Assembly (NCBI GenBank): GCA_963762145.1
Contig: CAVXJS010000014.1
Location: 544,001-608,000 of the forward strand
Length of the DNA: 64,000 bases
Direction of reading: 5' to 3'
From: an uncultured Candidatus Rokubacteria bacterium
GTDB taxonomy: Bacteria > Methylomirabilota > Methylomirabilia > Rokubacteriales > CSP1-6
The stretch's first letter is position 1, and each line of letters begins with the position of its first letter. Shown here piece after piece: positions 39,312 through 48,154 of this stretch. Below the pieces are notes generated by a model. It was not told the DNA's origin. It made no database searches and saw nothing but the letters and a program-made list of their open reading frames with translations. A program made the translations under genes and the position numbers.

Positions 39312-40792
39312 TGCCGGGCGCCCGGCGTCTCGTCCTCGTCTTCGTGGTGGACGGGCTCCGGCCCGACGCCATCACCGCCGAGGACACGCCCACCCTCTTC
39401 CGCCTGCGCGCGGAGGGGGTGGACCTGGTGAACAGCCATGCGGTCTTTCCCACCGTGACCCGGGTCAACGCGGCGGCGATCGCCACCGGGACGCAGCCGG
39501 GCACGAACGGTCTGGTGGGCAACCAGATGTTCGTGCCCGCGGTGGACGCGCGGCGCGCCTTCGATACCGGCAACTACCGCAATCTCCAGGCGCTCGGGCA
39601 GGCGCTCGAGCAGGCCCCCGGCGGCCGTGTCCTGCACGTGCCGACGCTCGCCGAGCGGCTCCACGCCCGCGGGCTCGCGCTGGCCGGCGTCAGCTCCGGC
39701 TCGACGGGCAGCGCGTTCCTGCTGAATCCGGAGTCGCGCCACGGGGTGGGCGCCCTCGTCAACGGCTACCTCGATCCGGGCAAGACGGTGGCCTATCCGG
39801 CCGCGGTCAGCGAGGCGATCCTGGCCCGCTTCGGGCCCGCGCCGGTGAAGCCGCCGGGCGGCGCGCGCTTCGACGCGGCGGTCAACTGGACGCAGCGGGT
39901 GCTGCGCGAGTACGTGCTCCCCGAGCTCGCGCCCGCGGTGGTCATCAACTGGCTCACCGAGCCCGACCACAGCCAGCACCACGTGGGGGTGGGCTCGCCC
40001 GCCGCGCGCGAGGCGCTCCGCAACAGCGACCGGGAGCTCGCGGGGGTGCTGGCCGGGCTCGACGCCGCCTCGACCAGCGTGCTCGTGGTCTCCGACCACG
40101 GGTTCACGACCAATACCGCCGGGGTGGACGTGGCGGGCGCGCTGGTCCTGGCCAAGCTGAAGGCGGCGCCCGATTCCCTCGACGTGATCCTGGCCAGCAG
40201 CGGCCAGGCCGTCGCCCTCCACGTGCCGGACCACGATCCCGACCGGATCGCGCGCCTGGCCCGCTTCGTCCAGGCCCAGGACTGGGGCGGGGTGGTCTTC
40301 GCGGCCGCACCCGTGGACGGCGCCTTCCCGCTCGAGCTGATCAACCTGGCGAACCACGAGCGCGGCCCCGATCTGCTCTTCACATTCCCGTGGACGTCCC
40401 GGCGCGGCGCCTTCGGGGTGCCCGGCACCGATCTCGCGGCGGTGAGCGCGGGCGGGGCGCCGTACGTCAGCGACCACGGCAGCATGAGCCCGTGGAACGT
40501 GCGCAACACGTTCCTGGCGTGGGGGGCGGGCGTGAAGCGGGGCATCACCGCGTCCGCGCCGGCCGGCAACGCGGACGTGACGCCGACCGTGCTCGCCCTC
40601 CTCGGTCAGGACGGCGAGACCGGCCTGGACGGCCGCGCGGTCACCGAGGCCCTCGAGGGCGGGCCCGACCCGGAGCAGGTCGCGGCGGAGACCCGCATCC
40701 ACACCACGTCGGCGGGCACCTATCGCGCCGCGCTGCAGATCTCGACGGTGGACGGCCGCCGCTACGTGGACAAGAGCTGGCGCGTCAGCTGA
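39311..40792 (+). CDS. Alkaline phosphatase superfamily, nucleotide pyrophosphatase/phosphodiesterase-type
   Basis: VVDGLRPD, VFPTVTRVN (Thr nucleophile), EPDHSQH, VSDHG, DHG. GTG overlaps the upstream TAG. Confidence 0.88.
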   Translation: MPGARRLVLVFVVDGLRPDAITAEDTPTLFRLRAEGVDLVNSHAVFPTVTRVNAAAIATGTQPGTNGLVGNQMFVPAVDARRAFDTGNYRNLQALGQALEQAPGGRVLHVPTLAERLHARGLALAGVSSGSTGSAFLLNPESRHGVGALVNGYLDPGKTVAYPAAVSEAILARFGPAPVKPPGGARFDAAVNWTQRVLREYVLPELAPAVVINWLTEPDHSQHHVGVGSPAAREALRNSDRELAGVLAGLDAASTSVLVVSDHGFTTNTAGVDVAGALVLAKLKAAPDSLDVILASSGQAVALHVPDHDPDRIARLARFVQAQDWGGVVFAAAPVDGAFPLELINLANHERGPDLLFTFPWTSRRGAFGVPGTDLAAVSAGGAPYVSDHGSMSPWNVRNTFLAWGAGVKRGITASAPAGNADVTPTVLALLGQDGETGLDGRAVTEALEGGPDPEQVAAETRIHTTSAGTYRAALQISTVDGRRYVDKSWRVS

Positions 40793-41666
40793 CCTGCGCC
40801 ACCGTCGGCCGGTCGCCCGCCAGGGTGGTCCGGCGCACGTCGCGCGGCTCGTGCTCGGGGAAGGGCCGCGCGCGGTGCATGGTCTGCCGGTTGTCCCACA
40901 TCACGAGGTCGCCGACCTGCCACCGGTGCGAGTAGACGAACTGCCGCTGGGTGGCGTGCTCGATCAGGTCGCGCAGGAAGGCGCGCGCCTCCGGCACCGG
41001 CCAGCCGATGATGCCGCCGGCGTGTGACGAGAGGTACAGCGACTTGCGCCCGGTCACCGGGTGGGTGCGCACCAGCACCTGGCGCACCGGGGCGAAGCGC
41101 GCGCGCTCCTGATCGGTGAAGTCGGTGAAGCCCAGGATCTGGCGCGAGTAGATCTGGGAGTGCTCGCAGATGAGCCCCTCGCACGCGGCCTGCGTCTCCG
41201 GATCGAGGCTGTCCCACCCGGCCCGCATGTCCGCGAACTCGGTGTTGCCGCCGCGCGACGGGATGCTGTGGGCGTGCAGCAGCGAGTACTTCGCGGGGGT
41301 CGGCTTGAACGAGCTGTCGGAGTGCCAGAGCCGGTTGCCGAGCGCGAAGAGCCGCGTGCGGTTGTCCCGCTCGAACACCCGGTCGTTCTTGTCGAGGTTC
41401 GACACGTCCGCGAACGTGGTGGGGATCCGGTAGCCGTTGGCCTCGCGCAGACCCGTATCGATCGCCTGCTCGATCGGGCCCAGCGCGAGGGTGAAGGCCA
41501 TCTGCTGTTCGAGGGTCACGGGCCGCCCGTGGAAGACGAGCACCGCGTAGCGATCCATGCCCGCGTGAATGGCCGCCGCGTCCTCCGGGGAAAGGGGCGT
41601 GGCGAGGTCGATGCCGTCGACCTCGCCGGCGAAGCAGGGTCCGACCTGTCGGATCGCGATGGCCAT
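40785..41666 (-). CDS. TauD/TfdA dioxygenase, TfdA (2,4-D dioxygenase)-like
   Basis: FAGEV.GIDL, MD.YAVLVF, ADVSNLD, GN.LWHSDSSFK..PAKYS.L, GGNTEFADMR, WDNRQTMHR. Confidence 0.9.
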   Translation of the reverse strand: MAIAIRQVGPCFAGEVDGIDLATPLSPEDAAAIHAGMDRYAVLVFHGRPVTLEQQMAFTLALGPIEQAIDTGLREANGYRIPTTFADVSNLDKNDRVFERDNRTRLFALGNRLWHSDSSFKPTPAKYSLLHAHSIPSRGGNTEFADMRAGWDSLDPETQAACEGLICEHSQIYSRQILGFTDFTDQERARFAPVRQVLVRTHPVTGRKSLYLSSHAGGIIGWPVPEARAFLRDLIEHATQRQFVYSHRWQVGDLVMWDNRQTMHRARPFPEHEPRDVRRTTLAGDRPTVAQVS

Positions 41667-42139
41667 CAGCGTTTCTCCGCGGGAGTCGAGGTCGCGGGGC
41701 CCATGCCCCAGACCTGGATGATGGTTTCCTCGGCCTTGGCGCCGTCGTAGTGCACCTTGTTGGCGTAGTGGACGACGTAGCTGCCCGCCGGCGCGGGCAC
41801 CGTGGCCTCCGGGTCGAATGTCTCGCCGGTGCCCATCCACCAGGTGCCGGAGAGCACCACGAAGAAGCGGTCGTTCGGATGGAAGTGGGGCCGGCTCATG
41901 TTCCCGGGCAGCCACTTGAGCCGCACCACGTACGGACCGGGCTTGCTCGGGTCGCCGAAGAGCACCGCGGACTCGTTGGTGCCCGCCGCGTTGCGCACCC
42001 ACTTGATCTCGGCGGGCGTCTTCCAGTCCACCGCGGAGCGGTCGATGTCGGGCGCGCCGTGGCTCCCGGGCACGATCACCACGATCAGCAGGAGCAGGGC
42101 GAGGACGGTCAGCGGCAGGACGCGGGTCGTTCGGCTCAT
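41666..42139 (-). CDS. Secreted cupin domain protein
   Basis: Signal peptide, GDPSKPGPY, PHFHPNDR..VVLSG, HYDGA. AAGGAG RBS. Confidence 0.85.
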   Translation of the reverse strand: MSRTTRVLPLTVLALLLLIVVIVPGSHGAPDIDRSAVDWKTPAEIKWVRNAAGTNESAVLFGDPSKPGPYVVRLKWLPGNMSRPHFHPNDRFFVVLSGTWWMGTGETFDPEATVPAPAGSYVVHYANKVHYDGAKAEETIIQVWGMGPATSTPAEKR

Positions 42140-42198
42140 ACCGTCTCCTTCGGGTTTGAGTGAGCCGCCAGCACGGACGGAGGTATGATGCGCCAATC

Positions 42199-43494
42199 AT
42201 GGCGGAGACACCAGCCCCCGTCCGCCCCGTCGAGCCGCTCACGCGGCCGTTCGACGGGGTGGTGGCGCTACCGGGCTCGAAGAGCTACAGCAATCGCGCG
42301 CTCCTGGTCGCGGCCCTGGCGCGCGGGCGCTCGGAGATCGCCCAGGCCCTCTGGTCCGACGACACGCGCTACATGCACCGGGCGCTCGAGGCGCTCGGGG
42401 TGCGGGTGACGGGCGACGAGGCGTCCCGCACCTTCGTGGTCGAGGGCGTGGACGGCCGCTTCCCCGCCGCGGAGGCCACGCTCGACATCGGCAACGCGGG
42501 CACCGCGGCGCGCTTCCTGACCGCCGCCGTCGCCCTGGGGCAGGGGACCTTCGTGGTGGACGGCTCCCCCGCCATGCGCAAGCGCCCGATCCAGCCGCTC
42601 CTCGACGGCCTCCGCGCCCTCGGGGTGGACGCGGAGAGCCGCGAGGGGACCGGGTGCCCGCCGGTGGTGGTGCGCGCCGCGGGCATCGCGGGCGGCCACG
42701 CCCGCATGCGGGGCGACATCTCGAGCCAGTACTTCAGCGCGCTCCTGCTCGCCGCGCCCTACGCGCGCCACGACGTGGAGATCGAGGTGGAGGGCGAGCT
42801 GGTCTCGGCGCCCTACGTCACGATGACGCTGTCCACCATGGAGGCCTTCGGGGTGCGGGCCGTGCGGGAAGGCGACCGGCGCTTCCGCGTCCCGGCCGGG
42901 CAGCGCTACCAGGGCCGCGTGTACGCGGTGGAGCCCGACGCCTCGGCGGCCTCGTACTTCTTCGCGGCCGCGGCGGTGACGGGCAGCCGCGTGGTGGTGC
43001 CCCGGCTCGGCACCGACTCCGCGCAGGGCGACCTCGGCCTGGTGGACGTGCTCGCGCGGATGGGCTGCGAGGTCACGGTGGCGCTCGACACCGTCACGGT
43101 GCGGGGCCCCGCGCAGCTGCGCGCGGTCGACGCCGACTTCACCCGGATGGGCGACGTGGCGACCACCCTGATGGCCATCGCGCCCTTCGCGGACGGGCCG
43201 GTGACGGTGCGCGGGATCGCCCAGACCCACTTCGAGGAGAGCGACCGGCCGGTCGCCGCCGCCACCGAGCTGCGGCGCATGGGGATCCAGGTCGAGAGCG
43301 AGTGGGATTCGGTCACCATCCATCCCGGCACGCCCCGGCCCGCCGACGTGCAGACCTACGACGACCACCGCATCGCGATGAGCTTCGCGGTGACCGGCCT
43401 GCGCGCGCCGGGCATCCGCATCGTCAACCCGGCCTGCGTGTCCAAGACGTTCCCGGAGTACTTCGACGTGCTGCGCGGGCTGACCCACGGCTGA
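42199..43494 (+). CDS. aroA: EPSP synthase (AroA) family enolpyruvyl transferase with an atypical RVKE motif
   Basis: LPGSKS.SNRALL, GNAGTA.RFL, SSQY, EPDAS.ASYF, DDHRIAM, CVSKTFP. Confidence 0.85.
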   Translation: MAETPAPVRPVEPLTRPFDGVVALPGSKSYSNRALLVAALARGRSEIAQALWSDDTRYMHRALEALGVRVTGDEASRTFVVEGVDGRFPAAEATLDIGNAGTAARFLTAAVALGQGTFVVDGSPAMRKRPIQPLLDGLRALGVDAESREGTGCPPVVVRAAGIAGGHARMRGDISSQYFSALLLAAPYARHDVEIEVEGELVSAPYVTMTLSTMEAFGVRAVREGDRRFRVPAGQRYQGRVYAVEPDASAASYFFAAAAVTGSRVVVPRLGTDSAQGDLGLVDVLARMGCEVTVALDTVTVRGPAQLRAVDADFTRMGDVATTLMAIAPFADGPVTVRGIAQTHFEESDRPVAAATELRRMGIQVESEWDSVTIHPGTPRPADVQTYDDHRIAMSFAVTGLRAPGIRIVNPACVSKTFPEYFDVLRGLTHG

Positions 43495-43516
43495 TCACCC
43501 CAGAGAGGAGCGCGCC

Positions 43517-44065
43517 ATGCCACGCGTCACCCCCATCACCGGTAAAGCGGATGTTCCCGCCGCCCACCACGGCGTCGTGGACCAGGTCGTGAAGGTCTTC
43601 GGCGGCGTGCGCGGGCCGTTCAGCATGCTGCTGCACAGCCCGCCGCTCGCGGAGCGTCTGCTGCCCCTGGTCACGTTCTTCCGCGACGAGAGCTCGGTCG
43701 AGGGCAAGCTCCGCTCGGTGGCCATCCTGGCCGCGGTGCGGGAGCGCGAGGCGGCCTACGTCTGGTCGGCCCAGACCGCGCAGGCGCGGCGCAACGGGGT
43801 GAGCGAGGCGACCATCGACGTGCTGCGCGCCCGGGGCGACGCGGCCGCCCTCCCCGCCGACGAGCGCGACATCGTGGTCTACGTCCGGCAGCTCATGCGC
43901 ACCAACAAGGTGGAGCAGGCGGCCTTCGACGCGCTGGCGCGGCGGCACGACCCCCGGTGGATGGTGGAGATGACGGCGGCCGCGAGCTACTTCGCGATGC
44001 TGTGCGGAGTGGTCAACGCCTTCGAGGTGGCGGCCCCGCCCGACGGCGACAAGCTCCCGGCCTGA
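43517..44065 (+). CDS. Carboxymuconolactone decarboxylase family protein lacking CxxC
   Basis: GGVRGPF..LLHSP.LA, LR..AIL, Y.W..Q...AR..GV. AGGAG RBS. Confidence 0.8.
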   Translation: MPRVTPITGKADVPAAHHGVVDQVVKVFGGVRGPFSMLLHSPPLAERLLPLVTFFRDESSVEGKLRSVAILAAVREREAAYVWSAQTAQARRNGVSEATIDVLRARGDAAALPADERDIVVYVRQLMRTNKVEQAAFDALARRHDPRWMVEMTAAASYFAMLCGVVNAFEVAAPPDGDKLPA

Positions 44066-44079
44066 CCGGGGCCGGACCC

Positions 44080-45144
44080 GTGGATCGCCTGCGGCTGGCC
44101 ATCGTCGGATGCGGCAACATCTCGCGGCTCAACGCGCCCGGCTATCTCCAGCACCCGCGCTGCGATGTGGTGGCGCTCTGCGACCCGGTGCCCGACCGGG
44201 CGAAGCGGCGGGCCGGCGAGTGGGGGATCACGCCGCGGCTGTACACCGACTTCGCGCAGGCGCTGGAAGACCCCGCGGTGGACGCGGTCGAGCTGCTCAC
44301 CCCCACCTGGATGCACGCGGACCAGATCGTGGCCGCGCTCGGCGCGGGCAAGCACGTGTCGTGTCAGAAGCCCCTCGCGATCACGGTGGCGGAGGCGGAC
44401 CGGATCGTGGCGGCGGTGGCCCGGGCGCGCACCACGTTTCGCGTCACCGAGAACTTCCTCTACTACCCGCCCATCGTGAAGGCCAAGGCGCTGCTCGACG
44501 CGGGCGCGATCGGCGAGCCGTCGCTCGTGCGGATCCACACCACGCGCGCCCAGCGCGTCGAGGGGATCACGCTCGACATGGAGCCGGACGCGATGGTCTG
44601 GCGCCGGGACCCCTCGCGCAATCCGGGGGGTGTCCTGTTCGACGACGGCGTGCACAAGTACGGCACCGCGGCCTACTGGATCGGCGAGATCGGCGAGGTC
44701 TCGGCGATCGTCACGCGCGGGGCTGACTTCATCCTGGAGACGCCGAGCGTGGCCACGTGGCGCTTCAAGGACCGCGACTGCCTCGGGATCATGGACTACA
44801 CCCACGCGCCCGAGATGGTCATCCGGGGCCGCTACGTCCGGGTGGACGAGTTCTTCGAGATCCACGGCAGCCGCGGCATCATCTGGGTGACCCGCTGCAG
44901 CGGCGAGATGCTCGACCTGCCGCCGGTGCAGGTGATCCGCGGCACCGAGACCGTGAGCTACCAGGTGCCGATGGACTGGCGGCTCGGCTTCGACGGGGCG
45001 GCGGCGGACTTCGTGGACGGCGTGCTCGACGGACGCCAGCCGGCCCAGGACGTGCGGGCCGCCCGGCACATGCTGCAGGTGTCGCTCGCGATCTACGAGT
45101 CCGGGCGCACCGGCCACACCGTGCGCCCGGACTCCATCGTCTAG
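44080..45144 (+). CDS. Gfo/Idh/MocA family oxidoreductase
   Basis: IVGCGNIS, TP..MH, GKHV.CQKP, GG.LFDDGVH. Confidence 0.9.
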   Translation: MDRLRLAIVGCGNISRLNAPGYLQHPRCDVVALCDPVPDRAKRRAGEWGITPRLYTDFAQALEDPAVDAVELLTPTWMHADQIVAALGAGKHVSCQKPLAITVAEADRIVAAVARARTTFRVTENFLYYPPIVKAKALLDAGAIGEPSLVRIHTTRAQRVEGITLDMEPDAMVWRRDPSRNPGGVLFDDGVHKYGTAAYWIGEIGEVSAIVTRGADFILETPSVATWRFKDRDCLGIMDYTHAPEMVIRGRYVRVDEFFEIHGSRGIIWVTRCSGEMLDLPPVQVIRGTETVSYQVPMDWRLGFDGAAADFVDGVLDGRQPAQDVRAARHMLQVSLAIYESGRTGHTVRPDSIV

Positions 45145-45145
45145 C

Positions 45146-46450
45146 TCAGGCGGACGGCAGGGCCTCGTAGATCGCGCTCTCGAACTGTCCGTAGAGCCTG
45201 AGCGCGCGCTGATCGGCGAACGGCAGGATCTGGGTCATGATCAGCCCGGTGAGGCGCTTGGCGGGGTCGAGCCAGTAGTAGGTGTTGAAGATCCCGCCCC
45301 AGCTCACGGTGCCGGCGCTGCGGCCGTTCGGCCCGGGCTGGAGATTGAGCATGTAGCCGAGGCCCCAGCGGATCTGGGCCCCGGGGAAGAGATCCACGTC
45401 GTTGGACAGGCCCGGGTTCTGCGTCTTCATGATGCCGGCCGGGATGCTGCCGGTGTGGTTCTGCTGCATCAGCGCGATCGTCTCCGGCCGCAGGATGCGC
45501 GCGCCCTTCCAGGTCCCTCCGTGCAGCATCATCTGGAGGAACTCGATGTAGTCGCGGCCCGTCGAGTAGAGCGGGCCGCCGCCCGACCAGAACTCGCCCG
45601 CCACCGGCACCGCCTCGAGCGGCTGCGGCGCGAGGCTCCCGTCGGCCTGGCGCAGGTGGAGCCGGGCCTGGCGCGCGCGCTGCTCGGCCGAGGGCACGTA
45701 GCCGCTGTCCTTCATGCCGAGTGGCGCGAAGATCTTGTCCCGGAAGTAGGCGTCGAGCGGCTGGCCGCTGGTCGCCTCGACGAGCCGGCCGACCCAGTCG
45801 GTGTTGACGCCGTACTCCCAGCGCTCGCCCGGATCGAAGATCAGCGGCGTGCGGATCGACGCTACCTTGGCGGTCGCCCGCGCGGGCATGCCCGACGACT
45901 TGATGTAGCGCCCGGTGCTCGCGTCCCAGATGTCGTAGCTGAATCCGGCGGTGTGGGTGAGCAGGTGGCGCAGGGTGATCGGCCGCTTCGCGGGGCGGAG
46001 CTTCGGCGCGCCCGCGGCGTCGAAGCCCTCGAGCACCTGGGGCGAGCCCAGCGCGGGGTCGACGTTCGGCACCGGGTCCTCCAGCTTGAGCTTGCCCTGC
46101 TCGACGAGCTGCATCGCCGCGACCGAGGTGATCACCTTGGTCATGGACGCGATGCGGAAGACGGTATCCATCGTCATGGCGACCGCGCCCGGCTCCAGCA
46201 CGCGCGGGCCGAAGGCGCCCTCGTAGAGCACGCCCTTGTCGGTGGCCGCCATCGCGACGACTCCGGGCACTTCCTTGGCGTCGGCGGCCTGGCGGAGCAC
46301 GCCGTCGATGCGCGCGCGGGCCGGACCGGTGCTTCCTTGAGCGTGAGCGGGGCGGGACATCGTGGCGTCCCCCGCGCCGACGGTTACCGCGGCGGCAAGG
46401 GCGGCGGCTCCTTTCAGCAGGTCGCGGCGGGTGTGGGAACCTGGCGTCAT
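45146..46450 (-). CDS. Tat-exported serine hydrolase (beta-lactamase family esterase)
   Basis: TRRDLL Tat motif, FRIASMTK, LLTHTAG, PGERWEYG, SGGG, WGG.FNTYYW.DP. Confidence 0.9.
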   Translation of the reverse strand: MTPGSHTRRDLLKGAAALAAAVTVGAGDATMSRPAHAQGSTGPARARIDGVLRQAADAKEVPGVVAMAATDKGVLYEGAFGPRVLEPGAVAMTMDTVFRIASMTKVITSVAAMQLVEQGKLKLEDPVPNVDPALGSPQVLEGFDAAGAPKLRPAKRPITLRHLLTHTAGFSYDIWDASTGRYIKSSGMPARATAKVASIRTPLIFDPGERWEYGVNTDWVGRLVEATSGQPLDAYFRDKIFAPLGMKDSGYVPSAEQRARQARLHLRQADGSLAPQPLEAVPVAGEFWSGGGPLYSTGRDYIEFLQMMLHGGTWKGARILRPETIALMQQNHTGSIPAGIMKTQNPGLSNDVDLFPGAQIRWGLGYMLNLQPGPNGRSAGTVSWGGIFNTYYWLDPAKRLTGLIMTQILPFADQRALRLYGQFESAIYEALPSA

Positions 46451-46479
46451 TGCTCTCTCCTCTTCCGGGTCCGGACGGT

Positions 46480-47271
46480 TCAGAGCACGGAGCGCACGAG
46501 ACCTCCGTCCACCAGGATGGTGGTCCCGGTGATGTAGCTGGACTTGCCCGAGGCGAGGAACGCCACCAGGTTGGCCAGCTCGCGCGGCTCTCCGACGCGC
46601 CCCACCGCGGTCTCGGCCGCGCGCTGAGCCAGCGCCTCTTCCAGCGTGATGCCGAGCTGCTTGGCCCGGGCCGCCACGTTCGACTGCATCCGCTCGCTCA
46701 TGATCGAGCCGGGGCACACGTTGTTGACCAGGATGCCGTCGCGCCCGACCTCGTCGGCCAGGGTCTTGGCGAAGGCGACCACGCCCATGCGGGTGACGCC
46801 GGAGAGCACGAGGTTGGGGATCGGCTGGTAGACGGTGCTGGCCAGGATGTTGATGATCCGGCCCGCGCCGGCGGCCTTGAGATGCGGCAGCGCGTCACGG
46901 CACATGCGGGCGAAGAAGAAGAGCGACCGCTCCACCGCGGTGGCCCACTGCTCCTCGCTGGCGGACTGGGCCTGGGCCAGCGGCGGCCCGCCCGAGTTGT
47001 TGACCAGGACGTCGATCCGGCCGAATCGCTCCACGGTGGCGGCCACGAGGGCGCGGATCGTCTCGGGTCGGTCCAGGTCGCCCGCGAACGCGAGCACGTC
47101 GCGGCCGGTCGCGCTCCGGATGTCCTTCGCGGCCTTCTCCAGATCGTCCCGCGAGCGACTGCAGATCGCGACGCGGCAGCCTTCCTCCGCCAGCACCTCG
47201 GCGCAGGCCCGCCCGAGGCCTTTGCTGGCGCCGCCGACGATCGCCACCTTGTCCGTGAGCTCGAGATCCAT
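46480..47271 (-). CDS. SDR family oxidoreductase
   Basis: GGASKGLG, VNNSGGPP, VCPG.I, SSYITG..ILVDGG. Confidence 0.9.
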   Translation of the reverse strand: MDLELTDKVAIVGGASKGLGRACAEVLAEEGCRVAICSRSRDDLEKAAKDIRSATGRDVLAFAGDLDRPETIRALVAATVERFGRIDVLVNNSGGPPLAQAQSASEEQWATAVERSLFFFARMCRDALPHLKAAGAGRIINILASTVYQPIPNLVLSGVTRMGVVAFAKTLADEVGRDGILVNNVCPGSIMSERMQSNVAARAKQLGITLEEALAQRAAETAVGRVGEPRELANLVAFLASGKSSYITGTTILVDGGLVRSVL

Positions 47272-47310
47272 GGCGCGTGTTATACCACCAAAGCCTGTGA
47301 TACGCTTCAG
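47272..47310. promoter_or_regulatory. Divergent extended -10 promoters
   Basis: Minus strand TGG-TATAAC 7 nt before the SDR ATG (leaderless); plus strand TGA-TACGCT upstream of the aldolase. Confidence 0.5.
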
Positions 47311-47343
47311 CGCCGGACATTCTTTTACCGACGAGGTGTGACG

Positions 47344-48111
47344 ATGCGGCCGAACAAGATCAAGCAGATGTGGCGCGAGAACAAGTGCGTGACCATGGGC
47401 TGGCTCTCGGTGTCCAACGGGTTCACCGCCGAGGTCATGGCCCGCCAGGGCTTCGACGCCCTCGTCATCGACATGCAGCACGGGCTCACCGACATGGCCA
47501 ATCTCTGGCCCATGCTCCAGGCGGTCTCGCAGACCGACACGGTGCCGGTGGTGCGGGTGGCCTCGAACGACCAGGCCACGATCATGAAGGCGCTCGACTT
47601 CGGCGCCTACGGCATCCTGGTGCCGCTGATCAATACCGCCGAGGACGCCGCGAAGGCGGTGGCGGCATGCCGCTATCCCCCGGCCGGCGTGCGCTCCTCG
47701 GGGCCGGTCCGCGCGGTGCACTACGGCGGCGCCGACTACGTCTCCAAGGCCAACGACGAGATCGTGGTCATGGCGATGATCGAGACCAAGGAGGGCCTGG
47801 CCAACCTGGACGCGATCTGCGCCACCCCGGGCCTCGACTGCATCTACATCGGCCCCGCCGATCTCTCGTTCGCCCTCGGCCTCGCGCCGCGGGGCGACAA
47901 CCCGGACCCGCTGCACATCGCGACCTGCGACCGCATCCGGGACGCGGCTCACAAGCACGGCAAGAAGGCGGCGATGCACTGCGCGAGCGCCGCCTTCGCG
48001 GCCGGCTCGGTGAAGCGTGGCTTCGACCTCGTGATGCTCTGCTCCGACCTGGCGTCGATGGTCGCGGGCGTGCGCAAGCAGCTCGACGATCTGAAGGCGG
48101 CGACTGCATAG
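47344..48111 (+). CDS. HpcH/HpaI class II aldolase
   Basis: GFD...IDMQHG, VVRV, ALD.GA.GI.VP, MIET, IGPADLS. Confidence 0.92.
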   Translation: MRPNKIKQMWRENKCVTMGWLSVSNGFTAEVMARQGFDALVIDMQHGLTDMANLWPMLQAVSQTDTVPVVRVASNDQATIMKALDFGAYGILVPLINTAEDAAKAVAACRYPPAGVRSSGPVRAVHYGGADYVSKANDEIVVMAMIETKEGLANLDAICATPGLDCIYIGPADLSFALGLAPRGDNPDPLHIATCDRIRDAAHKHGKKAAMHCASAAFAAGSVKRGFDLVMLCSDLASMVAGVRKQLDDLKAATA

Positions 48112-48154
48112 CGGACTCGGCCGTGACCCGAAGTGACCCCTGAGAGGCGAGTCC

